Shown here: piece after piece, positions 9,262-17,693 of the stretch
Layout of the letters: each line of letters opens with the position of its first letter
How positions within the stretch are numbered: position 1 is the first letter of the stretch
Source of the DNA: a virus
Lineage: Duplodnaviria > Caudoviricetes
IMG/VR virus record: IMGVR_UViG_3300048838_000781
Coordinates: 1-61,225 of that record
DNA length: 61,225 nt
Reading direction: 5' to 3' (one strand)
Made by a program: the position numbers and the translations under genes
Notes under the pieces: generated by a model
The model's input: only the letters and a program-made list of their open reading frames with translations
Told to the model about the DNA's origin: nothing
Databases searched by the model: none

Positions 9262-10778
9262 GCCGCCACCTCGCCGTCCTTCACCTCTTCCGAGCCGGCC
9301 GCTCCGCCCACCCACACCAGCTCGTTGCGCGCTCGCGTGATCGCGACGTAGCGGATGTTGCGCTCCTCCCGCCTCCCCTCGCGGAAAGTGTCGGAGAGCA
9401 CGAAGACTCGATCCCACTCGAGACCCTTTGCCTTGTGGACCGAGGAGAACACCACTGCTCTCCCCTCGGCGATGTTCGAGAAGATCTCCTCGACTCGGAC
9501 TTCGAGCTCGCGGACACTCGACGCACCGTCAGCGACCGCCCGCAGAGCGCTCGCCCGGTCCTGGATCTGGTCGATCTTGCTCGCGATCCACTCGACGCTC
9601 CCAGAGAGCTTCGAGGCGCGTGCGATCTCACGCTCCTCCCAGCGCACGAGGCGCTCGAGGAACGCTGGGACGCTGTGGCGCGCCTTGCCGGTCGACAGCG
9701 TCCGGATGAGCTCGCGCAGCTGTGCGGCGATGTCGCGGCCCTCGACTCGCGCCGGGATGCCACGCTTGAGCGCCTTGAGGCAGTACGCGATCAGCGGCGA
9801 GTTGACGCGAGAGAGGACCGCGTCGCCCACCTTGATCGAATCGAGAAGGCGGTGCTCGGGCAGGTGCGTCACGTTGCCGTCATGAGCCTGCTCCGCGGCC
9901 GAGTAGTCCGGCACGATCGCCTTCGCCATCTCGACGATCGACCGGCCGCACCGGTAGGTGGTCGTGAGGCCCAGCTCGATCGCGTTCAGCTCTTCCTTGA
10001 GTCGGTCCAGGCTGCCGGAGTCGGCGCCCCGGAAGCCGTAGATGGCCTGCCGGTCGTCGCCCACGACACAGATGCGCCGGCGGGCGATGCGCTTGGCGAT
10101 CTCGATCTGCGCAGCGTTCATGTCCTGCGCCTCGTCGATCACCACCAGGTCGTATTGCGGGCGAACCCAGTTGTTGGCGACTGGGAGGAACAGCATGTCC
10201 GAGTAGTCGATCCCGGTTGCTGGGCGCTGCTTGGCGAGTTCGACCGCACGGAAGGCGGCAGCCGCTACCGCTTCGACTGTCCAGCCGTAGTCCTTCCACT
10301 CCTCGTCGGGGACACACTCGTACTCCCAGGCGAGCGGGACGAGGTCGGCCGGGTTGGTGACGAGCGGATGGACCTCGCGCGCCAGCGAGTGAAGCTTCGA
10401 GATCAGGCGCAAGATCGTGTCGGGAGTGTCCTCTCCGGCAGCTCGGAGCGAGAGGTCTCGGGAACGCTCCCCACGCTGACGCTCGAGGGAGACGTTCCAG
10501 AAGTTGCGGACGATCCGATACCCGACCGAGTGAAGAGTCTGCGCGATCGCGTCCGGATGGTCGAGGCGCTCCTGGAGCTCCTCGGCGATTCGCTTGTTGA
10601 AGGCGGCGAGGAGGATCTTCTCGCCCCGCGGTGCGTGCCGAATTCCCTCGACGATCGTCGACGTCTTGCCGGGGCCCGCGCGGGCCCGGACGACGAGATT
10701 CGCTGCCACCGCTGGATCCTGCGAGGCAGGCTGAGAGAACCACGCGAAGATCGCGAGCTGCTGTTCGCTCCAGTTCAC
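9258..10778 (-). CDS. UvrD/Rep-like superfamily 1 helicase
   Basis: ARAGPGKT, IDEAQD, VGDDRQAIYGFRGA, TYRC, SSVHKAKGLEW, YVAITRA. Confidence 0.93.
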   Translation of the reverse strand: MNWSEQQLAIFAWFSQPASQDPAVAANLVVRARAGPGKTSTIVEGIRHAPRGEKILLAAFNKRIAEELQERLDHPDAIAQTLHSVGYRIVRNFWNVSLERQRGERSRDLSLRAAGEDTPDTILRLISKLHSLAREVHPLVTNPADLVPLAWEYECVPDEEWKDYGWTVEAVAAAAFRAVELAKQRPATGIDYSDMLFLPVANNWVRPQYDLVVIDEAQDMNAAQIEIAKRIARRRICVVGDDRQAIYGFRGADSGSLDRLKEELNAIELGLTTTYRCGRSIVEMAKAIVPDYSAAEQAHDGNVTHLPEHRLLDSIKVGDAVLSRVNSPLIAYCLKALKRGIPARVEGRDIAAQLRELIRTLSTGKARHSVPAFLERLVRWEEREIARASKLSGSVEWIASKIDQIQDRASALRAVADGASSVRELEVRVEEIFSNIAEGRAVVFSSVHKAKGLEWDRVFVLSDTFREGRREERNIRYVAITRARNELVWVGGAAGSEEVKDGEVAA

Positions 10779-11068
10779 AGGGCACCTCGATTCTCTGGCT
10801 TCGAGAGCGGGTCAGGGTTCTTGCTGGCCGAAGCAATCAGCTGCCCGTGAGCGACCTTGATCCGGATCCTGCGGCCGTCACGGCTCCAGATGCACTTCGA
10901 CCCGTCCTCGAACACACCGGCGCCTGCTTTTCTGTCGATCCGGTCGACCCCAAGCACGACGGCCTGAATACCGGTGAACGATCGCTGGATGGTCGCAATG
11001 TTGGCCTCAGTCAGGGCTTCAAAGCGCACCGGAACCGGCAGGTCTTCGATCTCTGGCTTCTCGTTCAC
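10775..11068 (-). CDS. Hypothetical protein
   Basis: ORF with GGAGG RBS and overlaps on both sides. Confidence 0.55.
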   Translation of the reverse strand: MNEKPEIEDLPVPVRFEALTEANIATIQRSFTGIQAVVLGVDRIDRKAGAGVFEDGSKCIWSRDGRRIRIKVAHGQLIASASKNPDPLSKPENRGAL

Positions 11069-11508
11069 CAGACACCTCCGTCGTCGTCATCGTCGATCGC
11101 CAGCTCAGCGACGGGAGCCTCAGAGCGGTTGAGATTGACCTTCTGGGTGACGTACAGCACCTGGAAGGGGCCGAGCATCTTGGCCTGGACCCACTCGCGC
11201 ACCTTGGCGGGAGACAGCTCGTGCGGCGAGTGGATGAGGTCCACGCGCACGTCGCTTTCCCAATCCCTACCTGGGTGCTTGATGACGACGGCGTAGGTGT
11301 ACGCCGCGTCGACGATCAGTCCTGTCGGCTCCTCCTGGATGACTTCTCCATCGTGGAGGAGTTCAGCCGACTCCGGTTCTTCGGTGCCATCCCACTCGTC
11401 GCCCCAGTGCGCTTTTCCGAAGGCCTTCCAAAGCTCGATGGCGTGTCCGAACGAGCGAGCCTCGACGATCCAATCTTGGGCGTCGAAGCGAACCCTGTAG
11501 ACCTTCAC
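11065..11508 (-). CDS. Hypothetical protein
   Basis: GTG start (MKVYRVRF) overlapping upstream stop, GGAGG RBS. Confidence 0.6.
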   Translation of the reverse strand: MKVYRVRFDAQDWIVEARSFGHAIELWKAFGKAHWGDEWDGTEEPESAELLHDGEVIQEEPTGLIVDAAYTYAVVIKHPGRDWESDVRVDLIHSPHELSPAKVREWVQAKMLGPFQVLYVTQKVNLNRSEAPVAELAIDDDDDGGVW

Positions 11509-12056
11509 TGGACACCTCCAGCCACCGGCCACCAGGTGATCGCCTTCTTGCCGCTCTCCGAGCACTCGCGGATGTCGCCGCGCTTCGCCACGCCGCGCGC
11601 CTCGAGCACACTCATCCGCTTGGCGACCATGTAGCGGTCCTCGTTGATCGCGGCGGCGAGCTCGCGGCTGGTCAGGCCGGGACGGCGCGACAGGCCGGCG
11701 GCGATGCGTTCGAGCTCGCCTTGGAGCTGGCCGGTGGCGACAACGTCGACCGCGGCTGCGTGCGAGGTCTCGGGATCGACGCGACGGGAAAGGTGCGATC
11801 CGGTGACGGGGTCGTAGGGGATTCCGAGCTGAGTCATGCGAGTCTCCAGGTGTTGGGCAACATCGGCATAGCCGGGCGTGGTTCGCAGGGTCGAAGCAAC
11901 GGCGCGGAGCCATCGAGGAGTCGGTCCTCGCGAGACTCCACCGCGCCGCTCCTTCCACGCCGCGAGGCGGCAGCGATCGGAGCAGTACAGGCGTTCCGGC
12001 CGGCCTTCTGTGATTGGCGCGCCGCAGTGAGCGCACGATCGCGTGAGCGCAGACAT
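11505..12056 (-). CDS. Zn-finger plus winged-HTH protein
   Basis: CAHCG...YCSDRCR; DPETSHAAA...GLTSRELA...KRMSVLE. Confidence 0.7.
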   Translation of the reverse strand: MSALTRSCAHCGAPITEGRPERLYCSDRCRLAAWKERRGGVSRGPTPRWLRAVASTLRTTPGYADVAQHLETRMTQLGIPYDPVTGSHLSRRVDPETSHAAAVDVVATGQLQGELERIAAGLSRRPGLTSRELAAAINEDRYMVAKRMSVLEARGVAKRGDIRECSESGKKAITWWPVAGGVQ

Positions 12057-12281
12057 GGACTCACCACGATCCCGCCGATGGAACGGATCGGAACGGATCG
12101 AAACCCAGGCGCAGGCCGGAAGCGACTGGACCGCCGAAGGTCTCGGTGTAGAGCGAGCCTCCGACTCGATGTGTTGGGACGGACTGGGCCTCCTGTGCGC
12201 TGTGGTTGCTGTGACGCACGCCACCACCGAGAGCGTCAGCGCTCACCGACTCGGTCCGGCCTTGGTGGGTGCGGAGAGACA

Positions 12282-13028
12282 TCAGGCGAAGACCTCGACC
12301 GGAAGCTCGAGGCTCTTGATCTGTTCGCGCAGCCACGTGGCGACGCGATCGCGGGCCTGGATCTTCCAGGCGCCGCCGTCGGCCTCGAACAGCGCGACTT
12401 GGATCTCCTCCTCGTCGCCGCGGATCCGGAGCACGAAGGGCGAGAGCGGCTGCTCGATCTCGGCGAAGGTGCGGTAGGGCGCGAGGTAGTACACGCGCTT
12501 TACCAGGTCACGCGCCTTGGTCGCGGCTCCGCGCTGGACCGAGACCTCCTGCTGGACGCCATCGTCGCCGACTGTGCGCGTCGTGCCCGAGGTCACGGTC
12601 GAGACCAGCTTGACCGCGTCGTGCTGATCGTTTCCGTCGGGATCCGGGCCCGTGCTCGGAACGAACCGGGACATGAGCATGATCTGCATGTCCTCGCGCT
12701 CGACATACCGATCGAGCACAACGGTGGGGATTTCTGCCGACGCGGTGAGCACGCACTCGCGCTGGCGGTGGCGGCCGACGAGCGGCCCGATCACGCGAAC
12801 CGAGGTCGGGCTCTCGACGAGGACGGCGACCTTGCCCAGTTCGAGGCCGTCGCGATTGGCCTGGAGGTAGTCGACCAACGAGGTCAGCGTCTTGACCTCG
12901 ATCGGCTTGGCGGTCGGCTCTGCCGGGGGAAGGTAGACGGTCTGGGTGAACAGGCCGTCGCTTGTCACGTCGACGATCTCCTCGGCGTGGGCGGTCTTGC
13001 GGATGTACTCGAGCGCTTCCTTGAGCAC
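12282..13028 (-). CDS. Conserved phage protein, partner of the upstream small protein
   Basis: TLTSLVDYL...DDGVQQEV...LAPYRTFAEIEQP.SPFVLR...LFEADGGAW. Confidence 0.8.
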   Translation of the reverse strand: MLKEALEYIRKTAHAEEIVDVTSDGLFTQTVYLPPAEPTAKPIEVKTLTSLVDYLQANRDGLELGKVAVLVESPTSVRVIGPLVGRHRQRECVLTASAEIPTVVLDRYVEREDMQIMLMSRFVPSTGPDPDGNDQHDAVKLVSTVTSGTTRTVGDDGVQQEVSVQRGAATKARDLVKRVYYLAPYRTFAEIEQPLSPFVLRIRGDEEEIQVALFEADGGAWKIQARDRVATWLREQIKSLELPVEVFA

Positions 13029-13030
13029 GA

Positions 13031-13396
13031 TCAGGCTCCTTTCCGGTCGGTGATCGAGACCGGCTTCGTGGCTTCCAGACGCGGCTCGTCGTCGAGGCGC
13101 ATCTGCTTGGGGTTGTACTCACCGACCCGGAACGAGTCGGGACCGCGGCGCTCGACGAACAGGACGGTCTGGACCTCCTCCCGGTGGCGAGGCTTGGTGT
13201 CGACCGTGAACCCGACGCCGATCTGCGTCCGGTCCTTGCTGGGCTCGAGCACGACTACCACCTGGATCTTCCGAGGCTTGTGGTCGGTGTTCGGGTCGTC
13301 GATGTTGGTGAGGATCTCTTGGAGCGCCTGGCAGAAGCGCTCTCGAAGCGCTCCTCCAGCCAGCTCGTCGAGGCTCACGTCGTTCACGTTCTGCAT
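13031..13396 (-). CDS. Conserved phage protein (replication-terminator-like family)
   Basis: LAGGALRERF...NIDDPNT..KPRKI motif. Confidence 0.75.
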   Translation of the reverse strand: MQNVNDVSLDELAGGALRERFCQALQEILTNIDDPNTDHKPRKIQVVVVLEPSKDRTQIGVGFTVDTKPRHREEVQTVLFVERRGPDSFRVGEYNPKQMRLDDEPRLEATKPVSITDRKGA

Positions 13397-13627
13397 GGTT
13401 CCTCCGTGGTGGTTTGGCTTGCCTCATCAGCGCGGCGGGAGCCACCCGGTCGCGAACCGCCTCGATCGACTTCTCCGAGAGCGGTTTCGGCACTCGATGC
13501 GCGGCGATCGTCCGTTCTGCTCGCCGCGCCGGTGTCGAGGTTGTTGGGCCGTTCCAGGTTTCGAACGGGAGCGGAATTGCCTCGTGTCGCTAGAAGACGG
13601 AAACTCCAGGACGGCCCAAACTCATAG

Positions 13628-14191
13628 CTAGAACGGAATGTCCCCGTCATCGTGCGGAGGAGCCGATCCGCCACCGCCGCCCTGGGGGCCGCGAGACGGG
13701 GCCGGGGCCTGGTCGCCCTGCGGCGCGAGGTTGAACGCGGGATCGGTCAGGCGGCGATCGAACAGAGCGTTCAGCCGGCGAGCCTTGTCGCCGTCGGCGT
13801 CGAGAGGAACGTTGGAGCGAGGCGGGAGCATCAGGTCCCAGTCCTCCCGCGCCTCACCGGTATCTCGGTTGGGGGTGTGCTTGCACTGGACCTTGACGTA
13901 CGCGCCGATCATGTCGGGCTCGAGAGTGGCGAAGTCCGTGCCGTTCCAGCCGGCGTAGCGGAGCTTCTTGAGGATGAAGTCGAGGCTGCGATCGTCGTTG
14001 ACGACCAGGTTGATGAACCGGGTCGGGGTCTGGTCCGTCGCGTAGAAGTCCGCAGCGGAACCCCACGGGTCGGCAAGCTCGCCAAGGATCCGGACCTTGA
14101 GAGTGATCATGTCCTTGCCGCTCTGCGACTCGCGGAATCCGAGTTCTTCGACTTCGGCGGAGTAGTATCCGGCGGAAAGTTGGGGTCGCAT
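13628..14191 (-). CDS. Putative ssDNA-binding protein
   Basis: Gly/Pro linker and DDGDIPF tail; follows Sak4. Confidence 0.7.
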   Translation of the reverse strand: MRPQLSAGYYSAEVEELGFRESQSGKDMITLKVRILGELADPWGSAADFYATDQTPTRFINLVVNDDRSLDFILKKLRYAGWNGTDFATLEPDMIGAYVKVQCKHTPNRDTGEAREDWDLMLPPRSNVPLDADGDKARRLNALFDRRLTDPAFNLAPQGDQAPAPSRGPQGGGGGSAPPHDDGDIPF

Positions 14192-14244
14192 CGTTTCATT
14201 TCCTTCCTGTGTTTCGTGTCGTGTGTCGGTCTGCTGGTGTCAGA

Positions 14245-15129
14245 TCAAGCTGCGGTCTCGGTGTCGGTCGTCTCCTCCTTCGGCCCTTCGGCGGGACGGT
14301 TGGCAGCCCGAGCGGACTTGATGGCACCCGAGAGGTTGGCCCAGGCCTCCGCCCCGCTCGAACCCATCGGAACGGTGGCAGGAAGACCCACGCGGTTCTT
14401 CGCGTCGTATGCGGCATGGCGCTCGGTGTAGAGGACTCGATCGCGGCCCCCCTTACCCTTGACCTTGTTGGCGCCCGGTTCCTTGCTGACGGCTGTCACG
14501 TAGTTGGCGAACAGGCACATGTCCGACCAGCGGAGAGTCAGACCCCAGATTTCCTTGCTCATGTCGGCCTCGAACCGGTCGTAGTCCGAGCCTTCCGGGT
14601 TGTTGAACGTCCGAATCTTGGTGTGGGTCAAACCGATGATCGCCATGCGACGACGCGACCGAATCTCGTCGAGTAGGGTGATGAGTTCGCGCCACTCGTT
14701 TGCCGCCACGGCTTGGCCCTTGCCGTAGCTCATGAACTTCTCGTGGTCGTCTTCGAAGAAGACCCGCCGGGTGTGCTCGATGCAGAGCTTCTCCAGCCCG
14801 TTCAGGGTGTCGATCGCGAGCGTTCTGAAACTGTGTTCATTGTTGAGGAGCGCCTCGAGCATGCCCTTGGCATCGAGCCAGGTCTTGGCTTCGGGAAAGT
14901 GCGGTGTGTCGCTCAACCGACCGGCGTCGATCAGTGTCTCGAGCCCGGTCTCTCCGCGGCTCTGCAAGAAAACCACTCCCGGCGCGTTCGCGGCGAGACT
15001 GGTCTTGCCCACTCCCTCTGTGCCATGCACGATGACCCGGCTCGGCAGGCCGGAGCCGGTCGATCGAATCGAGGCGAGGAAGTCCATCGAGACAGCGCTT
15101 GGGCCGCGGCGGTTTGGGTTCAGATTCAT
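14245..15129 (-). CDS. Sak4-like ssDNA-annealing ATPase (AAA_24)
   Basis: HGTEGVGKT, TLAIDT, YGKG, FNNPEGSDYDRF, AYDAKNR. Confidence 0.88.
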   Translation of the reverse strand: MNLNPNRRGPSAVSMDFLASIRSTGSGLPSRVIVHGTEGVGKTSLAANAPGVVFLQSRGETGLETLIDAGRLSDTPHFPEAKTWLDAKGMLEALLNNEHSFRTLAIDTLNGLEKLCIEHTRRVFFEDDHEKFMSYGKGQAVAANEWRELITLLDEIRSRRRMAIIGLTHTKIRTFNNPEGSDYDRFEADMSKEIWGLTLRWSDMCLFANYVTAVSKEPGANKVKGKGGRDRVLYTERHAAYDAKNRVGLPATVPMGSSGAEAWANLSGAIKSARAANRPAEGPKEETTDTETAA

Positions 15130-15156
15130 CGTCTTGTTCCTCCGTTGTGGTTCAGG

Positions 15157-16329
15157 TCAGGCGGCTTCGTCTTGGTGCTGCTGAGAGATGGCAAGGGACT
15201 CGTGCGCGTACCAGGCTTCGAGGGCCTTGTGCATCACGTGTCCGAAGAACAGGTTCTCGTCGCGGTCGTCGCGGCGCTGGATGCCCAGCTCGTAGCGGTA
15301 GAAGTGCTGGCGGCGGCAGGTCAACCACGTCTTGAGCCGGCTGTTCGTCAGCACGTCGCGGCCACCGCTCGCGCTCGACAGGCCTTCGAGCTCGGGATGC
15401 ACGTCCGCGCGCTTCTGCCACTTATCGCTGTCCGGCGTGTCGTACCCCGAGCAGATCCCGAGGTAGGCGCAGGGCCGGCCGTACTTCATGCACGCGTCGG
15501 GATTGCGCAGGTGGCGGCCATGGTGCCGCGCCTCGCGCATCTCGGTCGCCGCGTCCCACAGCTCGCGGGCGTACTCGACGAGGTCGTGATCCGGCCGCGG
15601 CACTTCGCGACGCTGGAAGTAGGAGCCGAGGTTCTCCCGAATGTCGGCCGAGAGGCGGTAGCCGTACAGCTCGGGACACTCGACGAGCTGGGTCCCGCGC
15701 AAGACTCGATCGAAGGTCTGAGCCGAGACGACCGCGCCGAAGTACCGGCCTGACCCGACGATCTCGAGCCCTTCCTTCTTGCTCAGCTTCCGCGGCTTGA
15801 TCGAGGGCTTGCGGATCACGTCGTAGACGCAGCCGTCGAGCTTGCAGCCGAGCTGCCAGGCCAGGAGCAGGTACTTCGACACCTGCGAGGAGAGCTGCGC
15901 CTGCTGCCAGTAGGGCGCGTCCGCAGCCTCGATCGAGTCGCCAGTCGATTTGTGCTCAACCAGCATCTTCCGTCCGGTTTCGCTGTGCACGACGATCGCG
16001 TCGAGCTTGCCGGCGGACGAAAACGTCCTGCTCGGCTTGCCGGTTTCGGGGTTCACGAGCTGCACGTGGGCCAACTGCTCCACCGCCAGGGTGCGCCACG
16101 GCTCCTTTCCCCACCGAAGCTCGTATCCGGTCATGAGCGCCCTGACCTTGACCGCGATCAGCGCGTCTTCCGGAGTCGTAGCAGGGCATGCCTCGGCGAT
16201 TGCCTGGGATGCCGCGAAAAGGCGCCCGATGCGCGGATTCCCGAAGGCGGGCCGCTCGGCTGCCGGGGAGACAGCCGAGGCGGGGTCTTGGGTCTTTACG
16301 CTGTGTGCGAGCGATGAGGTGGGCATCAC
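15157..16329 (-). CDS. Cas4/AddB-like PD-(D/E)xK exonuclease, apparently circularly permuted
   Basis: GKLDAI...VEHKST, QVSKY, CMKYGRPCAYLGIC; LTNSRLKTWLTC...FGHVMHKALE lies at the C-terminus. Confidence 0.85.
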   Translation of the reverse strand: MMPTSSLAHSVKTQDPASAVSPAAERPAFGNPRIGRLFAASQAIAEACPATTPEDALIAVKVRALMTGYELRWGKEPWRTLAVEQLAHVQLVNPETGKPSRTFSSAGKLDAIVVHSETGRKMLVEHKSTGDSIEAADAPYWQQAQLSSQVSKYLLLAWQLGCKLDGCVYDVIRKPSIKPRKLSKKEGLEIVGSGRYFGAVVSAQTFDRVLRGTQLVECPELYGYRLSADIRENLGSYFQRREVPRPDHDLVEYARELWDAATEMREARHHGRHLRNPDACMKYGRPCAYLGICSGYDTPDSDKWQKRADVHPELEGLSSASGGRDVLTNSRLKTWLTCRRQHFYRYELGIQRRDDRDENLFFGHVMHKALEAWYAHESLAISQQHQDEAA

Positions 16330-16351
16330 GGTGGGGCTCTCAGTGGTGGTC

Positions 16352-16597
16352 TCAGCTATGAAGTCGCTGAGCAGACCGGCGGGATCCGATCGAGACGAGC
16401 GAAGGCGGCTCGACCGGGGTCTTGATCACGAGCTGGTTCGGGTGGCTGAGGAAGAAGGCGAGCTGATCCAGGCACGGCTGGCACATGTCGCGAGCCGGTT
16501 CGGAGCCGCGGCCGTGGACGGTGAGCACCAGGCGCCGAAGCTCGACGTCGGACTCGGCGCCGCAGCGATCGCAGACGTGGACGGTGCGAGTGCTCAT
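16352..16597 (-). CDS. Small zinc-ribbon protein
   Basis: CDRCG...DMCQPC. Confidence 0.65.
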   Translation of the reverse strand: MSTRTVHVCDRCGAESDVELRRLVLTVHGRGSEPARDMCQPCLDQLAFFLSHPNQLVIKTPVEPPSLVSIGSRRSAQRLHS

Positions 16598-16842
16598 CGA
16601 GTCGCCTCGCAGTTCCAGCGAATGACGACGGCTTCACCTTGTGCGAGGGCGCCAGCGAACGAGCAGATGTAGCTGTCCTCAACGGGAGGCCCGACGAGTT
16701 GGGTTACGGTGGTGGCTGGCAAGCCGTCAGCGGCTGTGCGGCGGTGGGATTCAGCCTTGACGGCAGCGAACCCGAGCACGAGCATCACGGCCAGCCAAAC
16801 GACGACAGCGACGTCTCGCGACAGCGAGGTATCGGCGGACAT
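16594..16842 (-). CDS. Small membrane protein
   Basis: One TM segment VAVVVWLAVMLVLGFAAV; overlapping start/stop. Confidence 0.55.
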   Translation of the reverse strand: MSADTSLSRDVAVVVWLAVMLVLGFAAVKAESHRRTAADGLPATTVTQLVGPPVEDSYICSFAGALAQGEAVVIRWNCEATR

Positions 16843-17540
16843 CACGCAGCCTCCGAGGCCTGGAAGGTGGCGGTGATCGGGGCGGCCGAGTACCAGAATC
16901 CGTGGAGCTGACCGGCGGGATGGATCTTCGCCAGGCCATGCGACTCCATCGCGGCCTCGACCCCGTTCGCGACGCACTCGAAGGCGAGCATCGCGACGGC
17001 GCGGCGGGTGTCCATCTCGTCACGGCTCTCGATCGCACTGCCGGCGATCGCGCACGAACCGTCGCTGCGGAACGTGGTCGACAGATCGCCGCGTCCGCCG
17101 CAGACCTCGACGATCGCGGGGTTCATCCGCTCGCCGTCCGCACTCAGGTAGCCCTTGCGGTAGCCGACGATGAAGAACCGCAGGCCTGCGACCAGGCGGA
17201 ACATGAACGTCGTCTGCTGCCAGAGGCTCACCGTCGCGTTGGCGTTGACGATCTCGACTGCGGTACGTCGAGCCGCTTCGTTCGCGTCGATCTCGAGGTC
17301 GGCCTTGACCTTCGCGAGCAGCTCGTCGGCCATCTCGCGGGCGAGGTCCGAGCGCCGCCACATCGACTCGTTGCCGAGCGGGCCGGCCGCGTCGCAGGCG
17401 AGGTTGCCCGAGAGGGTGATCAGCGCGGCGGCGACGAGCTGGGGATGCGCCCCGTGGTCGAGACCGGCGGCGGCGAGAGCTTCGCGGGTGATGTCTTCCC
17501 GGAGGGCTTCGAGGTCGGTGTTCGGCGTGGTCGTCGGCAT
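16842..17540 (-). CDS. First gene of the leftward early operon, hypothetical
   Basis: AGGAG RBS, directly downstream of the PL-like promoter. Confidence 0.7.
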   Translation of the reverse strand: MPTTTPNTDLEALREDITREALAAAGLDHGAHPQLVAAALITLSGNLACDAAGPLGNESMWRRSDLAREMADELLAKVKADLEIDANEAARRTAVEIVNANATVSLWQQTTFMFRLVAGLRFFIVGYRKGYLSADGERMNPAIVEVCGGRGDLSTTFRSDGSCAIAGSAIESRDEMDTRRAVAMLAFECVANGVEAAMESHGLAKIHPAGQLHGFWYSAAPITATFQASEAA

Positions 17541-17568
17541 CGTCTGGGCTCCTGTTTTGACTGCTGGT

Positions 17569-17645
17569 GTTCCGTTACGGAACTAATCCTAGCGCAACTT
17601 TTCCGTGGCGTCAACAATGGATGCCGCTCATGTTCCGTATCGGAA
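17569..17645. promoter_or_regulatory. OL-like operators
   Basis: GTTCCGTTACGGAAC (17569-17583), TTCCGTGGCGTCA (17601-17613), TTCCGTATCGGAA (17633-17645); 32-bp spacing between the last two. Confidence 0.75.
17586..17614 (-). promoter_or_regulatory. PL-like sigma70 promoter
   Basis: Minus strand TTGACG-17bp-TAGGAT. Confidence 0.8.
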
Positions 17646-17693
17646 ATCTTCACGGGGTACGATTGGCTTCAGCCATTGCCAAAGGAGCCCCGC

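Noticed and set aside
13410-13432. Minus-strand CTGATGAGGCAAGCCAAAC resembling a hammerhead ribozyme core
   Set aside because: Lacks the invariant GAAA and I could not build stems I and III
13543-13620. tRNA-sized stem-closed unit
   Set aside because: No proper D-arm, T-loop spacing or CCA; kept only as a possible structured RNA
8844-13631. Long plus-strand ORFs (668 aa, 636 aa) and many similar shadow ORFs across the window
   Set aside because: Antisense to well-supported genes, Arg/Pro-rich and motif-free; expected in high-GC DNA
15157-16329. Cas4-like gene as a sign of CRISPR-Cas
   Set aside because: No array or other cas genes; it lies in the Sak4/SSB recombination module
16902-17693. 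N-terminal extensions of ORF-track calls (e.g. 597-aa ORF from 16902; also 20287, 23224, 31828, 36777)
   Set aside because: They overlap other genes or promoters; downstream starts have RBS or stop/start coupling
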